A stretch of 64,000 nt of DNA, taken from Eledone cirrhosa. Its lineage: Eukaryota. Below, one piece after another: positions 40,388 through 55,300 of this stretch. The translations under genes were made by a program, and so were the position numbers. The notes under the pieces are model-generated. The model had not been told where the DNA came from and did no database searches. It worked only from the letters and a program-made list of their open reading frames with translations. Numbering within the stretch: the stretch's first letter is position 1; every line of letters starts with the position of its first letter. The DNA lies in assembly GCA_964016885.1 (NCBI GenBank), contig OZ024743.1, positions 45,632,001 to 45,696,000 of the forward strand, in the 5' to 3' direction.

Positions 40388-43300
40388 TGAACCAAGAGAA
40401 ATATCTTAAATTGGCTAATGATATGCATTTAAATAAATAAGTCAAAAGGTGATGTACTCGATGTTGTAAGTAAAAATAATCTTAATTAAATTAATTGACG
40501 GGAAACAAAAACCAAACTGAAATTTTTATCGACTCTCAGAGAAAATAAATCGACGATTTCAAAATTAGTTTCTGAAGATAATTTACATGTTTACGTGAAG
40601 GTTAGTATGATGTTTGTTTGCAGGTAAGGTGGAATTGAATATGTTTCAGTCTATAAGACCACATCATCTTAGTACTCTGTAACTAAAACTACAGATCCGA
40701 GACCTGTTTGTGCATTATAGGTCAGTCCTCCCCATTGGCGCTAAAACCGGATCCATAAGAATTGAACGTATGCAGAGTAAATGTAGCAAGACAGAGGACC
40801 AGACCACTCACATTGTAAACTTCATCGATGTACTGTAGACGAAGGGATACCCAGCATCCACAGTGAACCGCATGGCTTAGTGGTTAGAGAATTGGGCTTT
40901 CAATCGAAAGGTTGTGAGTTCAATTCTCGGAACGGGTGATGTGTTGTTTCCTTGAGCAAGACACTTTATTTCACGTTGCTCCAGTTTACTCAGCTGTAGA
41001 AATGAGATGATAGGACTGGGGTCCCTATCATTAAATTACCCAAGACACCTCCAACGAAATATACCTTGGAGGAGGCCAGCTAAACCTTCATAGGTGTAAG
41101 CTGTCACATACATATATACACAGTGAACCGTCATAGGAATCGAAGGCACCGCAGGCATAAGACCTCTTCCAGCATCTACTACTCAGCGAAAACATAACCA
41201 CAGCAATCCGCAGATCCATCTGCAAGTAATGACTGGACATACAATTAAGCTCACTCCGGCCCATCACTGCGAGAATCAAACTACGCATGTACTTGAAATT
41301 GCAATTCTTTTGGAGGGGACCGAGCCAACCTCACCACCATGCGGTGATCCCTGCGAAAGTATGTATTTTAATGCTTTGCTAACAAGGCGATGTCTATGAA
41401 AGAATATATTGATGATCGATGCATACATACATAAAATATTCAAAAGATGCTGCATCTAATAACTGCATGCACACTTGTACAGATACAAAGCATCTGCACA
41501 TGCATATATACAACTCAAAACATCCACATCCACACATACAATAACATTTATACCTGCACACACGTGTGTGCATGCAGATACGCATACATGTCTACCTAGT
41601 TGATGTTGTGTAAATTCCAATGAGAGAGTCTTGTAACTATGTTAGAAACCGACCCACTCTCGTTTGGCAAAGATTTGTGAAATTATAAAACCAGAAGAAC
41701 ATACATACATACATACATGGTGTCTGCCAATTCGTTTTCGAGTACGGCCACTACTTTATATCCATGTAGGAGAACCCCTACCGATGCTCTGAAGGAGTGT
41801 GACTTTTTTGTCCAGCGAGTGACTTGAAAACTCTGGTACAAACACTACACTTGTGACAATTATTGACACATACATACATACATACATATATACATATATA
41901 CATTCATATGCAGAACTGATGAGAGTTCTGCAGATACTCTACCCTGATTACACCTTCAGATTTATGCCTGTGATTATTGGGGGCACTGGGGTATGTTAGT
42001 AACTGCCTCAATACAAATTTTGAGAAGCTAGGCTTCACAGGAACAGAAAGAACACAACTAGTTAGGAAATTACAAGTACAATCCATTAATGGAACAGTAA
42101 AAATATGTAAAACATTCCAAATATTCTGCATCTAATAACTGCATATACACATGTACAGATGCAAATCATATACACATGCACACATACAACTCAAAACATA
42201 CACATCCACACATACAATAACATCCATATCTACACATGCAGACATTCAGACATATCTACCTAGTTGATGTTGTGTAAATTCCAATGAGAGAGTCTTGTGT
42301 CTATGTTAGAAACCGACTCTCTCTCTCTCTATTGGTAAACATTTGTGAAATTATAAAACTTGAAGAACATACATACATATATACATACATACATATTCGT
42401 GCATACATAGATATGTGTCATAACTGGTCGTCGCATATTTACCGACCATCAGACATGATGTGGTATGAAAAGAAAGAAAGAAGTCTTTTAGATTCAGAAT
42501 ATAGGAAATAATTTTCTTCATTTGTGAATTATCTTTCTGTTTCAGAGTTTCTGTATAGCAAGAGATTTTAATATGTGGGTTTACAGTTAACGAAACAGAC
42601 CTCAGCTGTGCACTTACTGTATGGCTTACTGCTGTGAACTATCGTTCTTCATAATAGCAAGTTAGTGCTTGGATGACTTAGTCATAGGTCACTAAGTAGA
42701 TACGAATCAAATTTTCTTGTCTTCAATGAGACAGGTCATCACGTAGCTGATCAATATAACAAAATCATCTATTTCTAATTTTGGATGAATATTAGTACTT
42801 CAATATAGCTTCATGTATGTATGAACCCGTAACGCATGATGAAGTCGTATGGATGTCTCCACGCCAAGACACGTCGACATGTCTTGGGCACGTTAAACTT
42901 GGCGGAACTCATCTCTTCCCCGGGTTCAACACAACTTATTTCATCCAGAAGAGAGAGAGTTTGAGAGAGAAAAAATAATAAAAGGATATAGAGTAGTAAC
43001 CGACCCTAGTACTTGACCGGTATTGTTTTAATCAACCTCGAAGAGATAAAAGGCAAAGTTGAACTTAGGGTGCAGAGAGATGGAAGAGATATCGTACAGC
43101 ATTCTATCTTCATAATTATGTTGTTCTTTACCTACATTTATTCCTTTACAACAGTGTAGAACATTTAAATAAATGTATTTCTTCAAAGCATTGAGCGGTA
43201 CATTTAACTAGAATGTCGTTAGAATATCGTATACAGTACTTTGAAATATTCGTTCCGGCTCTCTGCTTTGTGAGTTCAAGTACCGCCGAGGTCAACTTTG

Positions 43301-43510
43301 TCTTTCATCCATTCAAGATCAATAAAAAAGTACCAGTCTAGTACTGGGGTCGATTCTTCTTCTATATCTCTTTCACTTTCTCTCCTTCTCTGGAAGAAAT
43401 CTGCCGTATTTAGACCTGGAGAGCATATGGGCTCCGCCAGGTCTAAAGGTTGCCCTAGGACTGTCAATATGTAAGTCAATATGGCGCCTCTGCAACTTCT
43501 TCGGAAGTTA

Positions 43511-43541
<31 letters not shown>

Positions 43542-44111
43542 CATACATACATACATTGGAAGGCACTCCGTCGGTTACAACGACGAGGGTTCCAGTTGAT
43601 CCGATCAACGGAAAAGCCTCCTCGTGAAATTAACATGCAAGTGACTAAGCATTCCACAAGCATGAATCTCAGGGAGATTCAACGTGACACAGAATATGAC
43701 AAGGCTGGCCCTTCGAATTACATACAATTCATTTTTGCCAGCTGAGTGAACGGGAGCAACGTGAAATAAAGTGTCTTGCTCAAGGACATAACGCGTCGCC
43801 GGGAATCGAACTCATAACCTTACGATCGTGAGCCGAATTCCCTAACCACAAAACTATGGCCTTCTTACATACATACATACATACATACATACATGTATAC
43901 ATAGATACATACATACATACATACATACATACATACATACATACATACATACATACATACATACATACATGCATGCATACATAGATACATACATACATAC
44001 ATGCATGCATGCATGCATGCATACATACATACATACATACATACATACATACATACATACATACATACATACATACATACATACATACATACATACATAC
44101 ATACATACATA

Positions 44112-47100
44112 CAATCTGAACCCCAAAAGTTCGGTTTTATGCAAAGACTAAAAACTTTATGGAACTCCAAACACCCAGAATTAGACTTTTCTCCAAAGCA
44201 TTTAAATGAACAGGCAAAACGTATCATTAGATGTAAATTGATACATCTAACGGAATTGAGTGATACTACAAACACAGCCCTTGTAGACAACCACCCCACC
44301 TCCACTGACAGACAAAGAGAATGGCCAGCTAAATCTAACAGTGAACAGCTCACCAACAATTTTGCTGAAATCCATCCCACTTCCACTGAAGGACAGCGAG
44401 AAAGGTCAGCTAACTCTAGTAGTAATTGTCACCACATCAACAACGAGGCTGAAATTCATGACTCTACTGAACAAACAGAACACCAAAAACTTGTGGACAC
44501 CTTACAAGTGATATGGAACGATATGTTTCAAGAGATACACAGCCTTAATGTGAGTGACAGACCATACAACACCAGAATCAGTAAAGAACCCACTAAATTG
44601 GAATTGAAGCGGTGAACGAAATAGCTAGCAATTATCTGAAGGCTATACGATCTAAAGGTGTAGAAACGACATTTGAAACGCTTAATATTTTGTTATATGT
44701 TTCAGCTGTCACATTGCTATCATATAACACACATCTAAAACCACGCAATCAAGATACAAACAGAAAGCCTGAACCAGCATGGATGCGAAATTTAAAAACC
44801 AAAATGTTGTCCCTGAGAGAAGTATCTCGCACATCGCAGTCGTTATGAAATGCAACATAGAGAGCAACTTCACACGACACCAGGAAGACGTAAAAAAAGG
44901 TTAGAGAGACGATTTGGAGATACAAAATTTAAAACTTTGAACTCCAAATTACACCAGTTGAAACAACAACTCACAGCTACAGCAGAAAGACTAAAATATA
45001 AATCAACAGCACATAAACGACAAGTGCTAAATAGATTGTTTGCCAGAGATCCTAAATCAGTTTATCGCAGCTTCGGTGGCAAAAGCTCAATCCCTGTAAA
45101 TGACACCCCTTCAAAATAACAGGTTGAGAGCTACTGGATATCTGTATGGGAAACGGATGACGGATTCAACAGACAAACTAATTGGCTAAAAGAACTGGAA
45201 CAGGACTACTGCCAACATGTCCAGACAAAACAATATGACATAGATGGGTCAATACTGGAAACAGCTCTACAGAAAATGTCGAATAGGAAATCGCCAGGCC
45301 CAGACCTCATTACAGGATACTGGTTGAAGAATTTCACTTTCTATCGGCAAGATCTCATACGGCTGTTTACAGAAACCATTAAAGGAACACAAGAACTGCC
45401 CAGATGGTTATCAGCTGCCACTACTCTCCTCATTCCCCAAAATAGCCAAACCACCCTTGCTAAAAATTACCGCCCAATAGCCTGCCAGAACATCATGTAT
45501 AAATTATATACTGGGTGCCTTAACCTGTTCTTACAGGATCACTGTGCTACCAACAACATCATAACACCTGAGCAAGCTGGTGAAAAGATAGAACCATTGG
45601 TAGCTGCTGTTGAACGCCTGACCAAGAACTGGTACACCAATTTGATCCTTAGAGGTGAGAAGGAGCCAGTTAAGACTGATAAGATACATTACCAGAAGGG
45701 CATCTTTCAGGGTGATAGCTTGTCAGTGCTACTCTTCGTTCTCTCACTGAATCCACTATCTTACCTACTCAGGAAACAAGGTGGACAAAGAAGTGGGTCC
45801 AGATGTATCTCCCATCTTTTCTTTGTTGATGATCTGAAGTTGTATGGGCCAAATTTCAATGACATCAAGAAACAATTGGATCTCATTACACAATTTTCAA
45901 CCGACAACAAAATGAAATTTGGTGAGTCCAAGTGTGCATATTTGGCAGTAAAACGTGGAAGAGCTGTGCCCTCCTCTAGAAATCTAGAGATGAACGGCCT
46001 GACAATACAACCTCTACAGTCAGGTGACAACTACAGATATCTTGGACAGGATTAGAATGTCAGATATGATGGACCCATAAATAAGGAGAGAACCAGAACT
46101 GAATACCTCAGAAGAGTAAAGAAAATATGGTCATCAGAACTGTCAACGTACAACAAATAAATTGCCCACAATACTTATGCTGTGCCAATTCTAACGCCAA
46201 CATTTGGCCTACTGAACTGGTCATTGCAAGAACTAAGTGAGATGGATGTTAGAACTCGAAAACTTCTCAGTGTTACTGGGAACTTTAACATCAATGGTGA
46301 TGTGGATAGGCTATACTTCTCACGCAAGGAAGGTGGCCGGGGTCTAAAATCAATATTAACAACATATGAGACCCGGATAGTAACACTGAAGCAACACCTT
46401 CAACAGAGGAAAAAGGTTGGCAACAATCTTGCCCAGGTTTATGAGCATGAAAAAAAAAATATCATTAGAATAGCGACTGATCTGGAGGAGATATATGGAA
46501 TAAAGCCTGATATAAATCTCTCACCCAGAGGAATCGGAAGATCCTATTCAATGTTCAAACAAGATAAAAAAAATTGACCAATTTACAGAAAAAGTTGTGC
46601 ATGGATACTTGAGACGTAAAACACAGACCATAGAGGGGATAAACCACTTAAAAAGCCTGGCATGGAGTTCCGACAAGTTTATGACATCACACCTTGAGCG
46701 ATATCTCTATGCAATACAGGAACAAGAACTCCCTACCAAATATCTGCTGCACAAAAGAGGAGGGCTAACAGCTGAAATAAATGTAGGCTATGTAAAACAA
46801 AGATCGAAGATGTAAGCCACATTGTTGCCAGCTGCGAAAGAATGTCATCTCGCTACTACCTTCCCATGAGAAACGATAGGATAGCTAGAACCATCTGGAA
46901 CGCACTTCGGAAAACAAAATTAACAACAAACGAGGAAGAATATATTGAGATAGATGGCACTAAGGAATACTGGTGGAACCTGAAAATAAAAACTGCCACC
47001 AAATAAAAGCACAACCGGCCTGATATTGTTGTTTGGGACCACACATTGAAAACGTGTTCTGTTGTGGAGATCAGCTGCCCACTTGATGTAAACGTTGTCA

Positions 47101-47418
47101 GAAAAATACAGAAGGAGGACATCTACGGACCATTGATGAGGAGTTTACAAATCCAGTATCCAGCTTCATACCCATCATTATTGGAGCTACGGGTTATATA
47201 CCAACCCGCTTAGACCAAAGTATGACTGAACTTGGATTTGCCGACAAAAAGCGCAGCTCCCTAATTCATAGTCTACAAATGGCTGCGATAGCTGGCACCT
47301 TCAAAATTTGCAAAACATTCTTGCGATTCAAAGGATGACAATTTCTTTTCTTTTACAACCTTGCCACCAGGAAGGTGTCCGGTCAAAAAAAATATACTCG
47401 AAATTAAGAGAAAGAGAT
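44112..47418 (+). mobile_element. R4/Dong-like RLE retrotransposon family A, defective copy
   Basis: Near-identical to 52880-56370; stops, frameshifts and an in-frame deletion of about 55 codons removing the DYQKAFDS motif; starts in (TACA)n. Confidence 0.9.
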
Positions 47419-47787
47419 ATACATACATTAATGGAACAGTAAAAATATGTAAAAACATTCCAAAACATTTTGCATCTAATAACTGCATATACACATGTAC
47501 AGATGCAAAGCATATACACATACACACATACAACTCAAAACATACACATCCACACATACAATAACATCCTTATCTACACATGCATGCATACATAATCTAC
47601 CTAGTTGATGTTGTGTAAATTCCAATGAGATTCTTGTGTCTATGTTAGAAACCGACTCTCTCTCTATTGATAAAACTTTGTGAAATTATAAAACCAGAAG
47701 AACATACATACATACATGATGGCTGCCCCCTCGTTATCGAGTATGGCCATTGCACAATAAAAAATAAAAAAAAAAAATAAAAAAAAA

Positions 47788-47838
<51 letters not shown>

Positions 47839-48023
47839 GAAAAAAAAAAAAAAAAAAAAAAAAAAAGGGAAAAGATATATATATATATATATACACACAT
47901 ATATATACATATATATATACATACACATATATATACACACACATACATACACATACATACATATATACACACACACATACATACACATACACTCACACAT
48001 ATATACACACATACATTAATAAC

Positions 48024-48078
<55 letters not shown>

Positions 48079-48157
48079 GCAATAATATTAATAACGACAA
48101 CAACAACAATAATATACATATTCATATATATATACACACACACGCACGAACATAAGC

Positions 48158-48195
<38 letters not shown>

Positions 48196-48530
48196 GATAG
48201 CAACTAACAGTGCTGCGATCGAATGTGGCTTTTTAGCCCAGCCAATGATCTAAAATGTCTTGCACAGAGTCGGCAACCAAAACATTTACTGGGAATAGTC
48301 GGCTGTGGTTGGAGTTCGTGTACTTTTGCATGTCGCTTGAGTCCTCCTGCTGATTTACATTCTCTACCACATGTTTACAAATCCAGTATCCAGCTTCATA
48401 CCCATCATTATTGGAGCTACGGGTTATATACCAACCCGCTTGGTATATACATACATACATACATACATACATACATACATACATACATACATACATACAT
48501 ACATACATACATACATACATACATACATAC

Positions 48531-51097
48531 CATACGAAATAAGTGAGGGTACCCTTGAGACTGTGATAGGAAAACTCCAAGGTAAGAAAACACAAGGAAG
48601 AGACATGATTGTCGGCTACTGGTACAAAAAACTGATATTCTATCGGAGGTATCTTACTGACCTCTACCAACAAGTTCTTAAGGGAGATAGACTTATACCA
48701 GAATGGTTGACATTAGCACAAACATTATTGGTCCCCAAGAACAAAGACACCCACTTGGCAAAAAACTACCGACCCATTGCATGCCAGAACCTGATGTATA
48801 AAATATATACAGCCTGTCTGAACCTATTCCTCCAAGATCACTGTGAAAATAATATCATCATCATAGATGAACAAGCAGCTAGAAAGAAAGGGGTTTGGGG
48901 ATGTGCTGAACAACTCCTAATCAACAAAACTGCGATGTCGGAGGTGCGACAACTTAGGAGGAATATGGCTACAGTCTGGCTGGACTACAGGAAAGCTTTC
49001 GATTCTGTTCCCCACTCTTGGGTGATAGAGGCCCTCCAACTTGCTAAAGTCCCAGACATTATTGTCAGAGCCATAGAGAGGCTGTCTTCTTCTTGGGCGA
49101 CTATCCTAAGGTTAAAGACAAAGAGGGAGGACTCTATTTTCACTGATAAAATAAAATATTGCAGGGGTATATTTCAGGGGGACAGTCTCTCTGTGATATT
49201 ATACATCTTGTCATTAAACCCCTTGTCCTTTATGCTCAAGAAATGTGAGGGATACATCATTGGCTCACAGGAGGACAGAAATACGGACCTAACCCATAAT
49301 TTCTTTGTGGACGATCTGAAACTCTATGCTAAGAACATGGATGGGATGAAGAAAAATCTTGACCTGGTTACAACGTGCTCAAAGGATATAGGAATGGAGT
49401 TTGGCCAAGATAAATGCTCATACATGACTGTAAAGCGAGGAAAAACAACAACCCAATCTAGCAACATTGTCATCAATGGTCTAACTGTTTCACCGATATC
49501 TGATGAGGACTGCTACAGATACCTGGTGATAGATGAGAGCATATCCTATAATGGTATCTGTAATAAAGAACGCGTAACCAGGGAATACTACACCCGATTA
49601 AGAAAGATCTGGTCATCGGAACTCTCTGCGCAAAACAAAACAGTGGCTCACAATGTGTTTGCTGTGCCTGTCCTAACACCAACGTTTGGAATACTCAATT
49701 GGACGATAGACGAAATCCGAGCAGTTGATGTTGGAACTCGAAAAATACTGAACAACACCGGAAACTTCCACATCAACAGTGACATAGACCGCCTTTACTT
49801 GAAACGTAAGCAGGGAGGCAGAGGCCTAACATCAGTCCAGACATTTGAATGTCGCATTATATCTCTCCGACAACATTTACGAACCTCGAAGCGTAGGAGC
49901 CCGCTTCTCGAGCAAGTCTATCTGCATGAAACAGATAAGATCATGAGAGTTGGGAAGGAACTCCTTGAGAGATATTCCGTGTGATAATCAAAAACTCACA
50001 CCCAGAGATGTCGCTCAGCAGTATTGCAGAGAATCCATGGATGAAAAACTGCATGCCTATCAGCAAAAAATCATGTATGGATATGTTGCCAGGAAGCTCC
50101 AGAGTGAGAATAATATAGATAAGGAAAGTACTCTATCTTGGACCAACAACCGCTATATTGGCTCCCACTTTGAAGAATACGCTTTTGCAATCTAGGAACA
50201 GAGGATTAGCACGAAATACCTGATTCACAAAAGAGATAGGGATGCAGGCAAAACACCTAGATGTGATAACAAGGGCAGACTCTGCAGAACTAACATCGAG
50301 GTGATCACCCATGTCATCAGCAGCTGTCCAAAGATGTCATCGCGGTACTATCTACCTATGAGGCATGATGTAGTGGCCAAAACACTGAACAATGCAGTTC
50401 GTAAAAAAGATAGCCCCGATAATAAACACATTAAAAGCTACAGCAATGTGGAAGACATCCATGTACATAATATGAAATAGTACTGGTGGAATGTTCCAGT
50501 AAAAACCCCAATAAAATGCAGGCATAACAGACCAGATATTATGATATGGAACAGGGAGAAGAAAACGTGCACAGTAGTGGAAATTAGCTGCCCAGCAGAT
50601 GCCAATATAATATCAAAGATTAGTGAAAAGGAGAATATTTATGCAGAACTGATGAGAAATCTGCAGATACTCCACCCTGATTACACCTTCAGATTTATGC
50701 CTGTGATTATTGTGGCACTGGGATATGTTAGTAACTGCCTCAATACAAATGTTGAGAACCTAGGCTTCACAGGAACAGAAAAAACACAACTAGTTAGGAA
50801 ATTACAAATACAATTCATTAATGGAACAGTAAAAATATGTAAAACATTCCAAACATTTTGCATCTAATAACTGCATATACACATGTACAGATACAAAGCA
50901 TATACACATGCACACATACAACTCAAAACATCGACATCCACACATACAATAACATTCATATCTACACATGCATGCATACATACATATCTACCTAGATGAT
51001 GATGTGTAAATTCCAATGAGAGAGTCTTGTGTCTATGTTAGAAACCGACTCTCTCTATTGGTAAAACTTTGTGAAATTATAATATCATACACTAGAA
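48531..51097 (+). mobile_element. R4/Dong-like retrotransposon family B, 5'-truncated
   Basis: RT (LDYRKAFDSVPH, IFQGDSLS, FFVDD) and RPDI..VEISCP. 3' fragments at 41440-41700, 41905-42368, 47425-47702, 51830-52283 and 56408-57187, bounded by TACA repeats. Confidence 0.9.
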
Positions 51098-52334
51098 CAT
51101 ACATACATACATACATACATACATACATACATACATAGTGGCTGCCAACTCGTTTTCGAGTACGGCCACTACTTTATATCCATGTAGGAGAACCCCTACT
51201 GATGCGCTGAACGAGTGTGAATTTTTAGTCCAGCCAGCGACTTGAAAACTCTGGTACAATCACTACATTTGTGATAATTATTGACACAGTGCTGGGCCCA
51301 GGTACCATGTGACGGCAAGTGCAGAGAGATCTCCAGATATAAAGCAATGCCTGTGCCGTGAAGCTTTTATAGTGAGCAAAGGCACTGCACAAAGCCAGTC
51401 CCACTCACTTAATCAAGATGATATTTACCAAAAAGAAGAACAAGTCAACATCATTGGATACCATCAGGGTTGCAGGTGTTATATCAGAGTTTTCCTTCTC
51501 CTAGAATTCTGCCTTGACACAGGCTAAGGGGTCATCTCTCCCAGTGATTTGGGATGGCCATTGACTCTTAAGAGCTCCTTTGCCCTTTGACAGGTTTTGT
51601 TTTTAGTCCTGCAGGATGTCCAAAGTCACCCTCCTCACCAAGAAACCTTGGTAGGGTTGCCAGTTTAGTCGCCAACGACCCGACCATGAGACAGGTTGTA
51701 CTGGGATACATGTTACCAGTAGCACCAACTGGTGACCTGACATACATACATACATACATACATACATACATACATACATACATACATACATACATACATA
51801 CATACATACATACATACATACATACATACCAGTAAAAGCCCCAATACAATGCAGGCATAAGAGACCAGATATTATGATATAGGACAGGGTGAGGAAAGCA
51901 TGCACAATAGTGGAAATTAGCTGGCCAGCAGATGACAATATAATATCAAAGATTAGTCAAAAGGAGAATATTTATGCAGAACTGATGAGAAATCTGCAGA
52001 TACTCCACCTTGATTATACCTTCAGATTTATGCCTGTGATTATTGGGGCACTGGGATATGTTAGTAACTGCTTCAATACAAATCCTGAGAAGCTAGGCTT
52101 CACAGGAACAGAAAAAACACAACTAGTTAGGAAATTACAAGTACAATCCATTAATGGAACAGTAAAAAATTTGTAAAACATTCCAAAAATGTTGCATCTA
52201 ATAACTGTATATACATATACAGATGCAAAGCATATACACATGCACACATACAACTCAAAATATCCACATCCACACATACAATAACATACATACATACATA
52301 CATACATACATACATACATACATACATACATACA

Positions 52335-52364
<30 letters not shown>

Positions 52365-52368
<4 letters not shown>

Positions 52369-55300
52369 AAATGGCGACCGTTGTGGTCAGTGTCCGATAA
52401 TCGGACGTGTGTAATTACGGCTTACATGAAGGCAACATACCATATATTGGAAAAAGTTGAGCTACATTACGCGGTAAGATTACATACAATAATTCTACAT
52501 AAGTGTTTGAACTGTAAGTGTGTTGTAAAACACCTATTTATATGAACGATACATACACTTTAACATATAAATGCAACGTTGTTATATTACATTTATAAAG
52601 AAATATTACATTTATATAAAACACAGCTGTAGAATTAAAAACTAACTGAAAAGAAATATTACTCAAGCTGTGAATAACTTTAAATTTGATTCTGACAGAA
52701 CTTTGTCGTAACTTTTAAAGAAGATCATCGACTATTTTGAAAAATAAATACGAAATATTAGTGAATAGACGAACTCATCATGGCAAAAAGTACAAGTCTC
52801 CTTCGACCAAATCGCAATTACAACCGTTGTATACAGTGGACCTACGAGCTTAACAAAGTATTATATGAAGCATACAAACAATCTGAACCCCAAAAGTTCG
52901 GTTTTATGCAAAGGCTAAAAACTTTATGGAACTCCAAACACCCAGAATTAGACTTTTCTCCAAAGCATTTAAATGAACAGGCAAAACGTATCATTAGATG
53001 TAAATTGATACATCTAACGGAATCGAGTGATACTACAAATACAGCCCTTGTAGACAACCACCCCACCTCCACTGACAGACAAAGGGAATGGCCAGCTAAA
53101 TCTAACAGTGAACAGCTCACCAACAATTTTGCTGAAATTCATCCCACTTCCACTGAAGAACAGCGAGAAAGGTCAGCTGACTCTAGTAGTAATTGTCACC
53201 ACATCAACAACGAGGCTGAAATTCATGACTCTACTGAACAAACAGAGCACCAAAAACTTGTGGGCTCCCTACAAGTGATATGGAATGATATGTTTCAAGA
53301 GATACACAGCCTTAATGTGAGTGACAGACCATACAACACCAGAATCAGTAAAGAACCCACTAAATTGGAATTGGAAGCGGTGAACGAAATAGCTGGCAAT
53401 TATCTGAAGGCTATACGATCTAAAGGTGTAGAAACGACATTTGAAACGCTTAATGTTTTGTTATATGTTTCAGCTGTCACATTGCTAGCATATAACACAC
53501 ATCTAAAACCACGCAATCAAGATACAAACAGAAAGCCTGAACCAGCGTGGATGCGAAATTTAAAAACCAAAATTTTGTCCCTGAGACGAAGTATCTCACA
53601 CATCGCAGTCGTTATGAAATGCAAAATAGAGAGCAACTTCACACAACACCAGGAAGACCTAAAGAAAAAGTTAGAGAGAAGATTTGGAGATACAAAATTT
53701 AAAACTTTGAACTCCAAATTACACCAGTTGAAACAACAACTCACAGCTACAACAGAAAGACTAAAATATAAGTCAACAGCACATAAACGACAAGTGCTAA
53801 ATAGATTGTTTGCCAGAGATCCTAAATCAGTTTATCGCAGCTTCGGTGGCAAAAGCTCAATCTCTGTAAATGACACCCCTTCAAAAGAACAGGTTGAGAG
53901 CTACTGGAGATCTGTATGGGAAACGGATGACGGATTCAACAGACAAGCTAATTGGCTAAAAGAACTGGAACAGGACTACTGCCAACATGTCCAGACAAAA
54001 CAATATGACATAGATGGGTCAATACTGGAAACAGCTCTACAGAAAATGTCGAATAGGAAATCGCCAGGCCCAGACCTCATTACAGGATACTGGTTGAAGA
54101 ATTTCACTTTCTATCGGCAAGATCTCATACGGCTGTTTACAGAAACCATTAAGGGCACACAAGAACTGCCCAGATGGTTATCAACTGCCTCTACTCTCCT
54201 CATTCCCAAAAATAGCCAAACCACCCTTGCTAAAAATTACCGCCCAATTGCCTGCCAAAACATCATGTATAAATTATATACTGGGTGCCTTAACCTGTTC
54301 TTACAGGATCACTGTGCTACCAACAACATCATAACACCTGAGCAAGCTGGTGGAAAGAGGGAGGTGTGGGGTTGCATAGATCACCTACTAACTAACAAAA
54401 TGATTCAGGAAAAAACTACAAAGAATCGCAGAAACATGACTGTCGTGTGGCTGGACTATCAAAAAGCATTTGATAGTGTACCTCATGGGTGGATTATTAA
54501 GGCTTTACAGTTAGCTAAAGTCCCACAACCATTAGTAGCTGCTGTTGAACGCCTGACCAAGAACTGGTACACCAATTTGATCCTTAGAGGTGAGAAGGAG
54601 CAGGTTAAGACTGATAGGATACATTACCAGAAGGGCATCTTTCAGGGTGATAGCTTGTCAGTACTACTCTTCGTTCTCTCACTGAATCCACTATCTTACC
54701 TACTCAGGAAACAAGGTGGACAAAGAAGTGGGCCCAGAAGTATCTCCCATCTTTTCTTTGTTGATGACCTGAAGTTGTATGGGCCAAATATCAATGACAT
54801 CAAGAAACAATTGGACCTCATTACACAATTTTCAACCGACATCAAAATGAAATTTGGTGAGTCCAAGTGTGCATATTTGGCAGTAAAACGTGGAAGAGCT
54901 GTGCCCTCCTCTAGAAATCTAGATATGAACGGCCTGACAATACAACCTCTGCAGTCAGGTGACAACTACAGATATCTTGGACAGGATGAGAATGTCAGAT
55001 ATGATGGACCCATAAATAAGGAGAGAAGCAGAACTGAATACCTCAGAAGAGAAAAAAAAAATATGGTCATCAGAACTGTCAGCATACAACAAATACATTG
55101 CCCACAATACCTATGCTGTGCCAATTCTAACGCCAACATTTGGCCTACTGAACTGGTCATTGCAAGAACTAAGTGAGATGGATGTTAGAACTCGAAAACT
55201 TCTCAGTGTTACTGGGAACTTTAACATCAATGGTGATGTGGATAGGCTATACTTCTCACGCAAGGAAGGTGGCCGGGGTCTAAAATCAATATTAACAACA

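Noticed and set aside
40620-41400. Possible LINE relic or exon (CAG|GTAAG at 40621)
   Set aside because: No diagnostic motif or ORF that I could support.
48371-48530. N-terminal extension of the 537-aa ORF
   Set aside because: Chance in-frame fusion of a family A fragment, (TACA)n and a truncated family B RT.
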